IMG/VR virus record: IMGVR_UViG_3300042541_002760
Reading direction: 5' to 3' (one strand)
Source: a virus
Length of the DNA stretch: 64,000 bases
The notes under the pieces are model-generated. The model searched no databases. It was given only the letters and a program-made list of their open reading frames with translations, and was not told the origin of the DNA. Position numbers and translations under genes: made by a program. This document shows, in pieces, positions 9,484 through 20,848 of the stretch. Within the stretch, counting starts at the first letter, position 1. Each line of letters starts with the position of its first letter.

Positions 9484-12400
9484 GTTGCAATCATCCTTAG
9501 ATTCTTAATACGAGGAACTGCTGCTCCCGTTGAACTTCCAAACATAACTACCTTAATCGAGAATGACTTAAACTTAGTTAGGGTTGTATATCCAATATTT
9601 GTAAAAGATATTTCACGGAAATCAGTATCGGATGAGGATATGCCCCCATCGGTTGTGGTCAATTCCACATAATCAATATAGTCATAGTCAACCTCACCAA
9701 CAGGAATTGGACGAACAAATACTTTCACAGAAGAAGGAACTGCACTGTTTTTCTTGGGATTGCAGAGCGACATCGATACTGTGATGTTTGATGCCTCTAT
9801 ACCCTCTTCAAGAGTTACCTTCTTACTAATATATCTTGCACTTGCTTTAAATGCTGATGCAACATTACTCGGTTCGAGTTCTCCGTTATACTGTCCATCG
9901 CCCTGTGTTGTGTTTGTATTGTTATTGATAGTATTTGATATTGTAACGATGCTCGACTTTTCCCTATCAAATACAGGAGAAACATATCCATCACTACTTG
10001 CACTCATTGTGACATCTACTGATGCAAGTCCTGCCTGTGAAGTTCCTGTCGTGATTGGATGATGTCCATCGGAAGGAGTAATGTTCTTGTTCTTAGATAT
10101 TTGACTGTATGTGTCGGGTTGAACATTTACTACAATTGATGAATATGAAATTACAGATCCTTCGGGAACAGTATCAGCAGCATTTAATCTAAATTCATTA
10201 ATGTTGAATGTACCACTTCCACTAATTGCCTGATTTACAAATCGAATACTTCCACTGCTATCAAATTTGCACAGTTGTAAGCGGAAAGCCAAGGTTTCAT
10301 TATCGCTCTTGACCATCTTGCCCGTATTCTGTGCCTTGAAGATCGATCTCATCATGGGCTGCTTTGTAATATTATACTTCGAGTCCTCTTCACTTGCGAT
10401 CAAGACAGTGCTACCAACTGCTCCTGTAAATACCGAATACTCAGAAGAGTTTGTAAGAATACTAATTGCATACTCTTGACCAGGAAGCAGATATACAGGA
10501 TTACTGAATGGAAAATTTGTTTGATTTGCATTACCTGCCGTGATTAGATCAGCCGTATTGATACTGTCCGAATACAGGGTCGAAGATGCAAAAGGAAGAA
10601 CCTTTGATGGATGTGGATAACCCGATATCGTAGGACGAACCTGCACTGTGATTGGAATAGTTGTAAGTGTTTCCTTGCCACTAAAGTACAGATCAATAGA
10701 CTTTAAGAAAATTCCCTTTGGATACTTGGTAGGATCAACATAGAAAGTCTGTGCAAGTGGTTCGGTATATCCACGAATTTCACCCGAACTTGTAAGAACT
10801 TCAGACAGATTTGAAATAACTCTTGAAGATTTTACTGACTTTCTTCTAGTTTCCGAAAGTCGAGTAGACATATGCCCATCTTCTGCGATAGAATTATAGT
10901 TTCCTTCAATGGCATATACGGCCTCAGCAGACATTGTCCAATTACTTAGATTCTCGATATCGGTACTGTCAATAATTCGAATGACATGGCGACCTACCGA
11001 GAAATTCTGTTCGAATACGCCCGTGGATGCATTTGGGTAGTTGAACAGATAATTGGTCGATGCCTCACCCTTGCTTGTTGTAACCTGACTACCTCCTGTG
11101 CAATAGGGGGTTACATTCATGTCATCACAGAACACATGGAAAGTGGTGTTTGGCTTCAGTCCATTGGCATTGATTGAGATTGTCTTCTGACGAGCAATAG
11201 GAAGTACATCCTTTGCAATCGTCTTATTGTTGATGATCTTCTTCAGGCTTTCAGGAGCAATTGAAGCACTTAGATTATTCAACGAAGTTCCCTCAACCTT
11301 GGCAGTAAGCAACTTATTGGGATTCAACAAATTGGGACGAGTGTTCTTCGAAGTCTGATTTTCTTTACCAAACCAAATAGATTCCCAATCATTAAACCGC
11401 GTACCAAATCCATAACTTGAGTTCTGTTCCCAGTTATCATTCTCGCCATCAACATTCACCAATACCTTAGGCTGCTTTTCAGAATCGTACCAATTGTCGG
11501 TCGATGGGCTGATAGAAAGTGTGCCGAGATAATTGATAACATTAAATGGATTTACTGTAACTGAACCACTTGCAAGAAGATTTGAAATTTCAGGAGAGAG
11601 TGCATAAGTCAAGGTGTATATGCCTGTTGAAGTATTCCCAACAACATTTGATACATTTATTTCACCCGTTAATCCATAAGAGCGAGACACAAAAGATGGA
11701 CGCAATTCATTGTTTTCATAATCAACACTTGCGGCAAACATCGGATCGGTATTGTCTGCAACTGCATGACCCTTAAACTGATCAACAAGAATACCACGCT
11801 TAGGCATTTCAACATCATCGGTGTCCCGAATGCTCTTTGCTTTTGCCTCTTGCTCAAGAAGATTCAGTGTAGTGTAGTATTCAACGGCTTCAATTCGTTT
11901 TTCCAATGCACCAATATCTCGCATGGTATAACGCTTATTTTCAACATAACGAACAGAAGCATCATTGCTGTCAACTGTATAAGGATTTACACGAATACTA
12001 TACAAGGACATTGCATTCGGATCATCCGCAGGAACATCGGCATCCAATGAAGGAATTCCCGAAATGACGGTGAATCTACGATCACGAGTCAATGCAATCT
12101 TATCTGTTCTTGGCAAGAAGTGTGTGTATGTCCAATCGGTCGAATTCGCCGAGGTGTTTGCAGGAACCCATGTTATTGGAATAATATCTCCCGTCAAACT
12201 ACGATCAGGACGGAAATCGATACAGTCGCGAAGATTGTATTGAAGTGCATTTGTTCTGCTTGTATAGGTTGGGATATTTTCATAATCAGGATATGACTGT
12301 GCGGTATACGGCCCAAGCCCAAACTCACCTGTACTGTGTGTATAGTGTTTAAATGTTGCCGAATATGGGCCTGTAACTCCTACTGTACCAGGAATCAAGG

Positions 12401-14447
12401 TAACTCTAGCCCAATCATAATGAGCATCGCGCTGACCCGTATCAAAATCAAAATAGGGTAATAGATTAATTCCTGAACTTGCTCCCATTGACCCCGTAAG
12501 CGACAGCAACTGATCGACATCAGTATATCCATTGAGATACAAGGTATCTGCTGTGCTGCCTCTACCATCGCCTGTGAGGTCTCTGCCAAATGCTCCCGTA
12601 AGAGACTGGCTTATGGTAGAGAGCGTCTTTGTTCTTCGGAAGTCGGTCATGGAGGTACTATTATTTGCAAACTTCTGTGTTGCAATTACATTCAACTTTG
12701 CACCACTGACCGTTCCCGTTACCGTAACTGATAGTTGATTTTCGGAAGCACCCCGTGCAGCAGTTCCTCCCAAGACTTTCCCATTCTGATCAAAAACAAG
12801 AATATCAGCATTTGGCAAAGTAACAATATTGTTTTCAAGAAGGGGAAATTCCATTTTATTAATATCATACGAATCAATAGTAAATGGATAGGTAGATGCA
12901 TTTGCAGTTGTCTTTGCATATGAAACGATTGCATAATCACCAACATTGAATGCAGTCACTCCCGATCCTTCGGGAATTGGATATAAAAGAGATCCTTGAC
13001 TCTGTGCATCGAGAGTAGCACTACCGCCTGTGATTGCAAACAAATGGCTTGTAGTCGATACCTTGCCATTCATAAACACGCGAGTAACATCTGAAAATGC
13101 TCCACCTGTTAAACTGATATCATATATCGATAGATTGTAAACGGTTCCACCATATGGCTCAACTCCACGAATTCTTGCTGTGCCAATTGCAGCACATGCG
13201 GCACCACTTGCACCCGAAGACAATGTCACTAGAGGATGTGTTGCAAGATCTGCGGTAGTTCCAAATGAATCTGGAATTCCTGAAAATACTACCTTTGTAT
13301 ATGGGCCAATAGATCTGTTAAAATCTCTAGTAATAGTTCTTTCATGAGATGCTCCACGGGCACATGGAATATTGAGTTTGGTCTTTCCCTGTGTTTCAAA
13401 TTCATAGCCAAATACATATGCCTTACCAGGAGACAACTCTGCTTTCAATACACTAGTTCCACCCACTGCGGTTGGGCCTTTAAGAACCAATTCAAACGGA
13501 GTTACTGTATAGTTTCCCGATTCGTCATATGTTCGCCGCGCAAGAGTATCTTCAAGCATTGCATAGTCGGGATACTTCTCAACTTTAACAATGTCGCCGT
13601 CAACCACACGCATAAATTCAATAAATCCGACTCTAGAGAAATTGTCCACTGCCGTTGTATCAGTTGCTGTGAACCCCTTCTGTGATGCAAGAAGTTCAAT
13701 CATGAACCGATCTGAACCAGGAGCGGCATAATTGTAGAATCCGAATGCAGGATCGTTCAGTGATGTATCGTCAGTAGAGGTGACAAATGACTTATCAACA
13801 TCAAACCCAATTCTTGTGGTAGGGTTGTTATAGTTGCGAATTTTATTTCCAACAGATCCTGTGAGGGTATATGCACCAATTGATTGGGCATCATTGAGAA
13901 CAAAATATCCCTCGACAAATCGAACGCCACGATCAACCGATGCAACAAGTGCATCACCAATAACATATCCATTTGGCCCTGTTACGGAAGCAGTTATTCC
14001 TGTACCGTTTGCGGCGGTCGCAGAAAGAATATTATTGATTGCAAATGTTGCACCGCCTTCAGTATATTCAAAGAAAAGAACACTTGTATTTGATTCACTA
14101 CTATTTGGATATACTCCTTCGGCATGAACAACACGGGCACTAGCCTTACCCGATGATCCAATGACCGTTCCAATGAAATCCGAATATCCCACCGAAGATC
14201 CAAGATTTACTTTCACATATTTTACACGATTTTCACTGATCTGCCCGTCAAGAACAATGCTGCCTTCTTCAAATATATGAGAACCAAGACGCTCGACTTG
14301 ATTCTGTAGAAGTGTCTGTATCTGTGTCAGTTCTCGTGCCTGAACACCATATCCAGGACGGAACATGAGACGAAGAAACTTCTTGTCCTCGCTAAAATCG
14401 TCATAGTAAGGATCAACATTAAACAAACTTGGGTCGTATGATGGCAT
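9480..14447 (-). CDS. large virion structural protein (DUF4815/VrlC-like)
   Basis: PYYDDF..FRPGYGVQARELTQIQ, APGSDRF, LARRTYDESGNY, NKRYTMRDIG, PLAQTF. Confidence 0.9.
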   Translation of the reverse strand: MPSYDPSLFNVDPYYDDFSEDKKFLRLMFRPGYGVQARELTQIQTLLQNQVERLGSHIFEEGSIVLDGQISENRVKYVKVNLGSSVGYSDFIGTVIGSSGKASARVVHAEGVYPNSSESNTSVLFFEYTEGGATFAINNILSATAANGTGITASVTGPNGYVIGDALVASVDRGVRFVEGYFVLNDAQSIGAYTLTGSVGNKIRNYNNPTTRIGFDVDKSFVTSTDDTSLNDPAFGFYNYAAPGSDRFMIELLASQKGFTATDTTAVDNFSRVGFIEFMRVVDGDIVKVEKYPDYAMLEDTLARRTYDESGNYTVTPFELVLKGPTAVGGTSVLKAELSPGKAYVFGYEFETQGKTKLNIPCARGASHERTITRDFNRSIGPYTKVVFSGIPDSFGTTADLATHPLVTLSSGASGAACAAIGTARIRGVEPYGGTVYNLSIYDISLTGGAFSDVTRVFMNGKVSTTSHLFAITGGSATLDAQSQGSLLYPIPEGSGVTAFNVGDYAIVSYAKTTANASTYPFTIDSYDINKMEFPLLENNIVTLPNADILVFDQNGKVLGGTAARGASENQLSVTVTGTVSGAKLNVIATQKFANNSTSMTDFRRTKTLSTISQSLTGAFGRDLTGDGRGSTADTLYLNGYTDVDQLLSLTGSMGASSGINLLPYFDFDTGQRDAHYDWARVTLIPGTVGVTGPYSATFKHYTHSTGEFGLGPYTAQSYPDYENIPTYTSRTNALQYNLRDCIDFRPDRSLTGDIIPITWVPANTSANSTDWTYTHFLPRTDKIALTRDRRFTVISGIPSLDADVPADDPNAMSLYSIRVNPYTVDSNDASVRYVENKRYTMRDIGALEKRIEAVEYYTTLNLLEQEAKAKSIRDTDDVEMPKRGILVDQFKGHAVADNTDPMFAASVDYENNELRPSFVSRSYGLTGEINVSNVVGNTSTGIYTLTYALSPEISNLLASGSVTVNPFNVINYLGTLSISPSTDNWYDSEKQPKVLVNVDGENDNWEQNSSYGFGTRFNDWESIWFGKENQTSKNTRPNLLNPNKLLTAKVEGTSLNNLSASIAPESLKKIINNKTIAKDVLPIARQKTISINANGLKPNTTFHVFCDDMNVTPYCTGGSQVTTSKGEASTNYLFNYPNASTGVFEQNFSVGRHVIRIIDSTDIENLSNWTMSAEAVYAIEGNYNSIAEDGHMSTRLSETRRKSVKSSRVISNLSEVLTSSGEIRGYTEPLAQTFYVDPTKYPKGIFLKSIDLYFSGKETLTTIPITVQVRPTISGYPHPSKVLPFASSTLYSDSINTADLITAGNANQTNFPFSNPVYLLPGQEYAISILTNSSEYSVFTGAVGSTVLIASEEDSKYNITKQPMMRSIFKAQNTGKMVKSDNETLAFRLQLCKFDSSGSIRFVNQAISGSGTFNINEFRLNAADTVPEGSVISYSSIVVNVQPDTYSQISKNKNITPSDGHHPITTGTSQAGLASVDVTMSASSDGYVSPVFDREKSSIVTISNTINNNTNTTQGDGQYNGELEPSNVASAFKASARYISKKVTLEEGIEASNITVSMSLCNPKKNSAVPSSVKVFVRPIPVGEVDYDYIDYVELTTTDGGISSSDTDFREISFTNIGYTTLTKFKSFSIKVVMFGSSTGAAVPRIKNLRMIAT

Positions 14448-14458
14448 TTATTTCTACC

Positions 14459-16780
14459 TTAATAGTCAATGACTATTTTGATTTCTTCCTTTTGTTCAAA
14501 ACCGCGCTGAATCGGCTTCATATTCTGTATGTATAGGATATCTCCCGATCTATATTTAAGTTCACCTGTGTGAAGAACTGTTGTCACACTTGCAACCCCT
14601 TCACTATAGTTCGATGTCATTCCCGCAACAATATTTCCCTGCGTTCCTGAAACTCGGAGTGTTCCTGTTGTGCCCGAAGCACCCACACTCCAATCCATAA
14701 CATAACCATTTGCTGAGTTTGTTGTTCCTGTTCCACCAAATACCTGATAGTTATCCTCAAAGAATGAAGCAGAATCAAATTGATTCGAACCATCCCATGC
14801 CATAAGAAGCGAGGTGGTTTGATCATATGCATCAACTCCATCCTGAACAAGGCTGTCTATTGCTACAATTTCACCAATTCCACTCAATCCTCTTTCTGAG
14901 AATCCCGAATACATTTGATCTGTTTGGTTGATTCGCTCGCCGTACTTGAACTCGCCTTGAACATTTTCCAAATAAAGATATCCCGACAGATTAGAACCTA
15001 ATTGAGGTTTCCAATCATATATGTCTGCGGTTGCTCTTGATGGGGGAGTCGAAGTTGCATAATTACCAATCCCGTGAGCAATATATCCCTCAACGAAATC
15101 GTTTCCCCCACCCGTAAATATAGTATCGGTTGGAGCAAGTTTAAGTTTAAGAAGTCTTCTAGATTCAGATCCTGCAAGGGTTCGTTCATCGACAGTCATA
15201 ATATTCAATCCACTGACTGTGCCGTTATATTCAAATTGACCATTCTTAATATTGGTCAATACTAACTGATTGGTTCCTTCATGTCCCGAAATTCCCACAA
15301 CCCATGAAACAACTTTGCCATATGCACCATCAAATCCTGCGGTTGCTTCTTGAGCAGCAGTAGATCCGACACTAAAGGTTCCCGTAAGACCTGGCTGATA
15401 GAACCGAAGGCGAACTTGTTTTTCTGCAAGAAGTGGATTGAGAAGAAGTGCAAATTGCCGATATTCATTTTCGGTGCTTACAGCCCCGCCTTCGTTTCTT
15501 GAATACTCTTTGGAGATCATAATGGAAGATGCACCAAGTTCCTTAACAGGATTTGATCCATGTCCACCAGGTGGAGACATGATAGGCGTTGCCAAGTCTT
15601 CAAGATTTACCTTGTTGGTAGGAACAAAAAGCCCTTCAACAAAATTAAGAGAGGCAAAAGTATAGTTTTTTCCACCATCAACCAACTCAATCGAATCAAT
15701 CATTTTTGTTATTTCAAAAAATTCAGTGCATGATGTAACTCCACTCGTTGCTGTCGCTCCAAATCGAATTGAAACTTCAGCCGATGTGGAATATGGATTT
15801 CCACTATTGAGATATGAGGTGCCATCACCAACTACTTGAATATTCGGAACAATTGAAAATTCACTTGCATTGGCTCCACCCGAAATACTACTAGAGAAAG
15901 GATAATTGACATTCACAAATGCAGAATTTCCACCACCACTTGGAACAAAATTAGTAATGACTCTTCTCTGACCCAATCCCTGCCCACTATCAATAGACAG
16001 AACCATGTCATTATAATAATCTGCCTGTAAGAACAGGTAAGGCGATGAAAGAGTAATTCCTGTAGCACTCAATCCAACATCAGCAACAACCGTATTGTCT
16101 ATATTTGGAAAAACACATTTCTTCGAAACAACAAATGGCTGAACATCAGGATTAATCTTGATATATGAGATCTCGCCATCAACAGCAGATTCCTGAGTAG
16201 TCCATTGTAGGATTCGCTCATCACTTGTTCTCAGATATTCAATATACTCAACGGGCATATATCCAATGCTATCGCCTTTGGTTTTTGTCAAGAACTTACG
16301 CTTTGATTCTGGAATCTGATACAAGAACTTCCAACGATAGTTATCTCCAAGTTTTCTGATACGAGTATCTGTATGGGTTGGGGCAACCATGGATGGAGCA
16401 CCATTATTATTATCGATGCACTTATAGACTCTTTCCTCATCTACCAAGGCATAGAATGGTGCGGGATCAAAGTCATCAAAGAGATCCAAATCGTCTCGAT
16501 ATGAAGTATAGACTACTCCTGCCGACCAATCGTATCGTCTCACAACAAGCGATACATCGGCACTGTCAATTCTTTTATGTGCAAATGCAGATTTCCAAAA
16601 ATCCGTATCATCCTTGACACTATCCACACTTCGAGGAGGATTTGTATCATCCGTCCATGATTGTATTTTTCCAATGGATAAGAAAAGATTGTTTTCATCA
16701 ACATCTCCGTAGATCCCAAGAAGGGCATCTGCGGCTATGCGTTTGTGGTTTTGTCGAAATGGGTCACAGGATCCTGGCAT
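14459..16780 (-). CDS. gp8: baseplate wedge subunit gp8
   Basis: VRRYDW..G, VYKCIDNNNGAPS, YRWKFLY, SPPGGHGSNPVKELG, YRQFALL, SGDILYI..EEIKIVIDY. Confidence 0.9.
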   Translation of the reverse strand: MPGSCDPFRQNHKRIAADALLGIYGDVDENNLFLSIGKIQSWTDDTNPPRSVDSVKDDTDFWKSAFAHKRIDSADVSLVVRRYDWSAGVVYTSYRDDLDLFDDFDPAPFYALVDEERVYKCIDNNNGAPSMVAPTHTDTRIRKLGDNYRWKFLYQIPESKRKFLTKTKGDSIGYMPVEYIEYLRTSDERILQWTTQESAVDGEISYIKINPDVQPFVVSKKCVFPNIDNTVVADVGLSATGITLSSPYLFLQADYYNDMVLSIDSGQGLGQRRVITNFVPSGGGNSAFVNVNYPFSSSISGGANASEFSIVPNIQVVGDGTSYLNSGNPYSTSAEVSIRFGATATSGVTSCTEFFEITKMIDSIELVDGGKNYTFASLNFVEGLFVPTNKVNLEDLATPIMSPPGGHGSNPVKELGASSIMISKEYSRNEGGAVSTENEYRQFALLLNPLLAEKQVRLRFYQPGLTGTFSVGSTAAQEATAGFDGAYGKVVSWVVGISGHEGTNQLVLTNIKNGQFEYNGTVSGLNIMTVDERTLAGSESRRLLKLKLAPTDTIFTGGGNDFVEGYIAHGIGNYATSTPPSRATADIYDWKPQLGSNLSGYLYLENVQGEFKYGERINQTDQMYSGFSERGLSGIGEIVAIDSLVQDGVDAYDQTTSLLMAWDGSNQFDSASFFEDNYQVFGGTGTTNSANGYVMDWSVGASGTTGTLRVSGTQGNIVAGMTSNYSEGVASVTTVLHTGELKYRSGDILYIQNMKPIQRGFEQKEEIKIVIDY

Positions 16781-16787
16781 TGCTTTG

Positions 16788-16794
16788 TATTTAG
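16788..16794 (-). promoter_or_regulatory. late promoter (CTAAATA) 7 nt before the gp8 ATG
   Basis: Motif overlaps the gp7 stop codon; no Shine-Dalgarno sequence between it and the ATG. Confidence 0.6.
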
Positions 16795-18914
16795 ACTACT
16801 TCCGTGAGTGGATTGACTATGAATGTATATGCAAAAAGTACAATCGCCTGTGTTCCAGGTATGAGCCTGTCCTGCTCGTCATACATTTCGAGTTTCAGTG
16901 TATGCCTCCCATCAGTAATTCTGCCAAGAGAAACTCTTCTCGTATTGATTCCTGTTGTAATCTTGAGGCGATTGTCTAAGAAAATCTTAATGGTTTTTGC
17001 ATTAAATATAGACAAATTTGCTTCATTTAAAATACCAAACGACACAGTTAGAGTTTGGAAGAATGGCAAATTCTCGGTATTTGTTCCGACAGGAACTGTT
17101 GGATTGTTTGCAATTGAACCCGATATTGGACTAATAACATTAAAAGTTGGTGGTGCGGGGTTTACAATCGTTTCGCTTCGGCAGTCAAATTCCTGCCCCT
17201 GTGGCATATTAAAGAATGCCCGTGTGGTGATTTTACGGAATTCACTCTTTTCATCATATTCGAGAAGCGCATATTTAAAATCATATGGTTCGGTGTATAG
17301 AGGAGCCGTGGGGGTAATGGTAGATTGGAGATCTGCAATCCATATTGCAATGTCTTCTTCTCTATTTTCTTTTCGATATGACCATTCTTGCCACCCACCG
17401 TTAGCATTTGCAAAGTCCTCAAGTTGAGTATTCCATATTTTGGCAATATGATATCCACGAGAAACCGTCTTGTTTGCATTGGGATACACAATCCAAAATG
17501 GATCTGCATTTGGGAAATCATTTTCATATAAAATTCCCGAAGTGGCTTCAACAAATGGTATGTTATTGCTAATCGGATTGCCCATAACTGCCAATCCATC
17601 TCCCTGTCCCCGAATATAAATGTCATGATTATCGGGGGAATATCCTGCTGCTGCCCCCCCCGTGAGGAACCACATCGAGAGATCATCAAAGGTCTGAAAG
17701 GTATATGGAACATAGTGACCGATGAGTGGTACACGAAACGACATTAATGTCGATGCATTCTGCAAGTCTGCTTCAACACATCGCTTAATTAATACAGATC
17801 CAAACATGGCAATTCCAACAGGATGGACAAGCCTTCGAATTATTTCTCGATAATTTTCAATCACAACTTCACTTTTCAACACATATGACCAATTTTGATA
17901 AAAGTGATTATCCTGAAGTACTTTATTTGTACTGAGGCGACCATCATTATTTGTGTAATATCCCGCAGACTGACACAATGCTCCTATGGAGACAGATCCT
18001 GAAAATCCTGATCCTCGAACTGATTGAACTTGCATTGTTGGAGGAACAATATAGTTAATTCCAAAGTCATCAATATTGATTTTTCGAATTCCACCAACAC
18101 TATCAATTTCTACAACCGTTCCTGTTCCTTGCTGTCCACTTGGGTCATTTGCAACAAACAAAATTCGATCACCTATTTCATAATCGCTTCCACCATTCGT
18201 AATCTCAAGTGAAGAAACCACACTATAAACCTTTACCTCATGAAACTCTTCACCACCATCAGTGAAATCAACACCAAGACTTCCTGTTGTAAATGTCCCA
18301 TTTCTCCCCGAAAGCAATAGTTCTGCAACAGGAAAGTTTCCTATTTGATATACAGAGACATCAACAACTCTTGCTGTTGCAGTTATCTTTCCTGCATTGT
18401 TCTTTTGAACGATGTTGTTTCCTGCAACGCGGTATATCTGATCGCCCAATACATTTGAAATTCTCAGATAATTGTTCTGTGTCCATCGACCCGACGATAG
18501 TCGCAAAATATCTTGTTTTGGATAGTAAAATTCAACCGCTGCATCATAAAGAATTCGGAAAAGGAACTCATAAGACTTTTCCGTTCCTTTTGCCAAGTAG
18601 AATTGCTTTATGTTTTTGAGAAGTCTTCTTGGATCAACGGGATCATTTGTTGTCTTGTTAATCGCTAGATTCTCAGGAAAATTCAACAAATACTCTTGCT
18701 TGAAATGATCGATGAATTGGTCAAGTGTGCTATCAATATCAGGAATGTCATGCATATCCATCGGGGAAAGAATTTTACCCGAATTTCGCTTTAATCCAAG
18801 CCACTCGTAATATGCCGATAGAAACGAAACAAGTGTAGGATGATCGACCCTGACAAACTCGGGAAGTCTATCGGGTACAAAATTTGAAAGTTGGCGTTCT
18901 AAGTCAATACTCAT
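16791..18914 (-). CDS. gp7: baseplate wedge initiator gp7
   Basis: LPEFVRVDHP, FYLAKGTEKSYEFLFRILY, LQDNHFYQNWSYVLKS, LVHPVG. Confidence 0.88.
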   Translation of the reverse strand: MSIDLERQLSNFVPDRLPEFVRVDHPTLVSFLSAYYEWLGLKRNSGKILSPMDMHDIPDIDSTLDQFIDHFKQEYLLNFPENLAINKTTNDPVDPRRLLKNIKQFYLAKGTEKSYEFLFRILYDAAVEFYYPKQDILRLSSGRWTQNNYLRISNVLGDQIYRVAGNNIVQKNNAGKITATARVVDVSVYQIGNFPVAELLLSGRNGTFTTGSLGVDFTDGGEEFHEVKVYSVVSSLEITNGGSDYEIGDRILFVANDPSGQQGTGTVVEIDSVGGIRKINIDDFGINYIVPPTMQVQSVRGSGFSGSVSIGALCQSAGYYTNNDGRLSTNKVLQDNHFYQNWSYVLKSEVVIENYREIIRRLVHPVGIAMFGSVLIKRCVEADLQNASTLMSFRVPLIGHYVPYTFQTFDDLSMWFLTGGAAAGYSPDNHDIYIRGQGDGLAVMGNPISNNIPFVEATSGILYENDFPNADPFWIVYPNANKTVSRGYHIAKIWNTQLEDFANANGGWQEWSYRKENREEDIAIWIADLQSTITPTAPLYTEPYDFKYALLEYDEKSEFRKITTRAFFNMPQGQEFDCRSETIVNPAPPTFNVISPISGSIANNPTVPVGTNTENLPFFQTLTVSFGILNEANLSIFNAKTIKIFLDNRLKITTGINTRRVSLGRITDGRHTLKLEMYDEQDRLIPGTQAIVLFAYTFIVNPLTEVV

Positions 18915-18919
18915 TCGAA

Positions 18920-20848
18920 TTATCTTGTGAAGGAGGCATCACTTGCGTTTCGGTCAATATTTGTTTTTTCTGGGATTGCAGTTGCCACAATAGACAACTC
19001 ATCAATTTGAATAATTTGATTTCTTCTTGCAAAGATATCGCTCTTTTCGGGAACTACCGTGACATAAAGAGAGGTTTCTCCCGTACCTAAAGTCTCGGGC
19101 TTAAAGTTTCTCAGAGATAGCAACCCTGTTGTATAGTCGATACTTCCGATATTCTTATTAACTATGATCTTGGTGGTACCCGATTCTTTATAGATTCGAA
19201 TGTTGCCATATCCATCATCATCTAAAAAACAATCCACAATAGGTTTAAGAACCGCAGATGAAGTTGCATCGCGATAACCAAAAACAGCACTAGATAGAAT
19301 CGGAGTATATCCATCAATCGGATGAAATAGTGGGTTATCAAACTTAATACTATATGGTGCAACTCTTCCTAAACTTGGCTCAAATCTCTTAGATATAGTA
19401 ATTTCAACTGAGTTGGACAACACAGCACCCGATGATCCGTCAATTGCGGATGAGAACTTAGACAGTCTGAAATTGCGCTGAAATAGTTCTAAGTAAGATG
19501 TGCTAAATGCCTTAATAAGATCAACGAGTCGAGCCTCAATTCCCGATTTATTCAGAGTGGTTTTTGCTTCGTCATAGTAAAGAGTAACATTCGGATTGAT
19601 GTATAATATATCGGGATCTACTACCTCAGGCATAATTGTAACTAGATTTCGCTCGCCCAAGATGGTTCGTTCGATTGCCTGTTTTTCGGCACTTGACAAT
19701 CGAGTACCTACCTTTGGCTTAATGCTAACATATACCTTTCCATATTGTGGAGGATCGTTTTCTTCACCTCCCCAAATAAAGAACGAATCTGCTCTATTTG
19801 CATATTCTCGACCAAGAAGTGCTTTATAGTCATCTGCTGTGACAGCCCTGTCCTGTGCCTGATAGTTTCTTGGGGCATAATATTTGATAGATGCAATGTT
19901 TTCACTGTCCTCGCCTCCGAATGAAAACAGCACCTTTCCATCCGCATCAGTATTGATTCTTACTTGATTTACGCGGGGATCGTTGCAGGTAATGGCTCTT
20001 CTTGCATTTGTTTCCTCATAGCCAATTCCATTTCCAAGAGAACCATTTGTGACAAGATAACGAAGATTGATAACATTGCCATTTTCAATTGCTTTGCCAA
20101 GGATCCCATCACCAAAATAAATTTCCCAAAATCCATCTCTGCCTTCTTGAATGAAAAACACATTTGAAGTTGAGTCAAGTTTATTAATGTCGGTTGCTTT
20201 TTTCCATAACTGAGATGATCCCGTAGTATCGCTTTGTGATCGCTGAACAAATACTCGAATCGTGTCAATATCTATATTGAGATCGGGAATAGTAAATTTT
20301 GCCTCTGTCCCGCCTTGTGTGTTTGCCACATATGCAACCTGTTTTGTATATCCCTGATAGAGGGTAACATCCTGTACAATATTCTCACCCGATCTACGAA
20401 CTGCTTTATAGGTATCCAAGGTGACAAAATTGACTGCTTTGCCATCAACATCTTTACCACGAAAGACGGTTCCTGTATCAAGAAATTCTTTGCCCTGAAT
20501 GACTCTCTGTGTGAAGATATCAACTGTATTGCCGCTTGGTGTCATTACAACATCGACTATGAGTTGTGCTGCCTTTTTTGATCTTGGCGTATAGTTTAAG
20601 TGCTTTGCAAGAGAAACAACCGATGGTCGCATAATTGCAGAATCAATGAATGACTCATTTGCTGCCATGTTTGCATAAAACGCTTGATAGTGTGTGTTGT
20701 ATGCAAGAAGATCGAGAAGGATTGATAGTGCCGAACCTTCAAAGTTGTAGTCCTTGAACTGCTCTTGACCGCTCAAGTACTCTTTTAAGTTTGCCTTAAT
20801 CTCATCAAACTCAAGCGATTCGATTGGTGTATTTGATATGTTACTCAT
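18920..20848 (-). CDS. gp6: baseplate wedge subunit gp6
   Basis: FDEIKANLKEYL..FKDYNFEGSALSILLDLLAYNTHY, QDRAVTADDY, WGGEENDPPQYGKV. Confidence 0.95.
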   Translation of the reverse strand: MSNISNTPIESLEFDEIKANLKEYLSGQEQFKDYNFEGSALSILLDLLAYNTHYQAFYANMAANESFIDSAIMRPSVVSLAKHLNYTPRSKKAAQLIVDVVMTPSGNTVDIFTQRVIQGKEFLDTGTVFRGKDVDGKAVNFVTLDTYKAVRRSGENIVQDVTLYQGYTKQVAYVANTQGGTEAKFTIPDLNIDIDTIRVFVQRSQSDTTGSSQLWKKATDINKLDSTSNVFFIQEGRDGFWEIYFGDGILGKAIENGNVINLRYLVTNGSLGNGIGYEETNARRAITCNDPRVNQVRINTDADGKVLFSFGGEDSENIASIKYYAPRNYQAQDRAVTADDYKALLGREYANRADSFFIWGGEENDPPQYGKVYVSIKPKVGTRLSSAEKQAIERTILGERNLVTIMPEVVDPDILYINPNVTLYYDEAKTTLNKSGIEARLVDLIKAFSTSYLELFQRNFRLSKFSSAIDGSSGAVLSNSVEITISKRFEPSLGRVAPYSIKFDNPLFHPIDGYTPILSSAVFGYRDATSSAVLKPIVDCFLDDDGYGNIRIYKESGTTKIIVNKNIGSIDYTTGLLSLRNFKPETLGTGETSLYVTVVPEKSDIFARRNQIIQIDELSIVATAIPEKTNIDRNASDASFTR

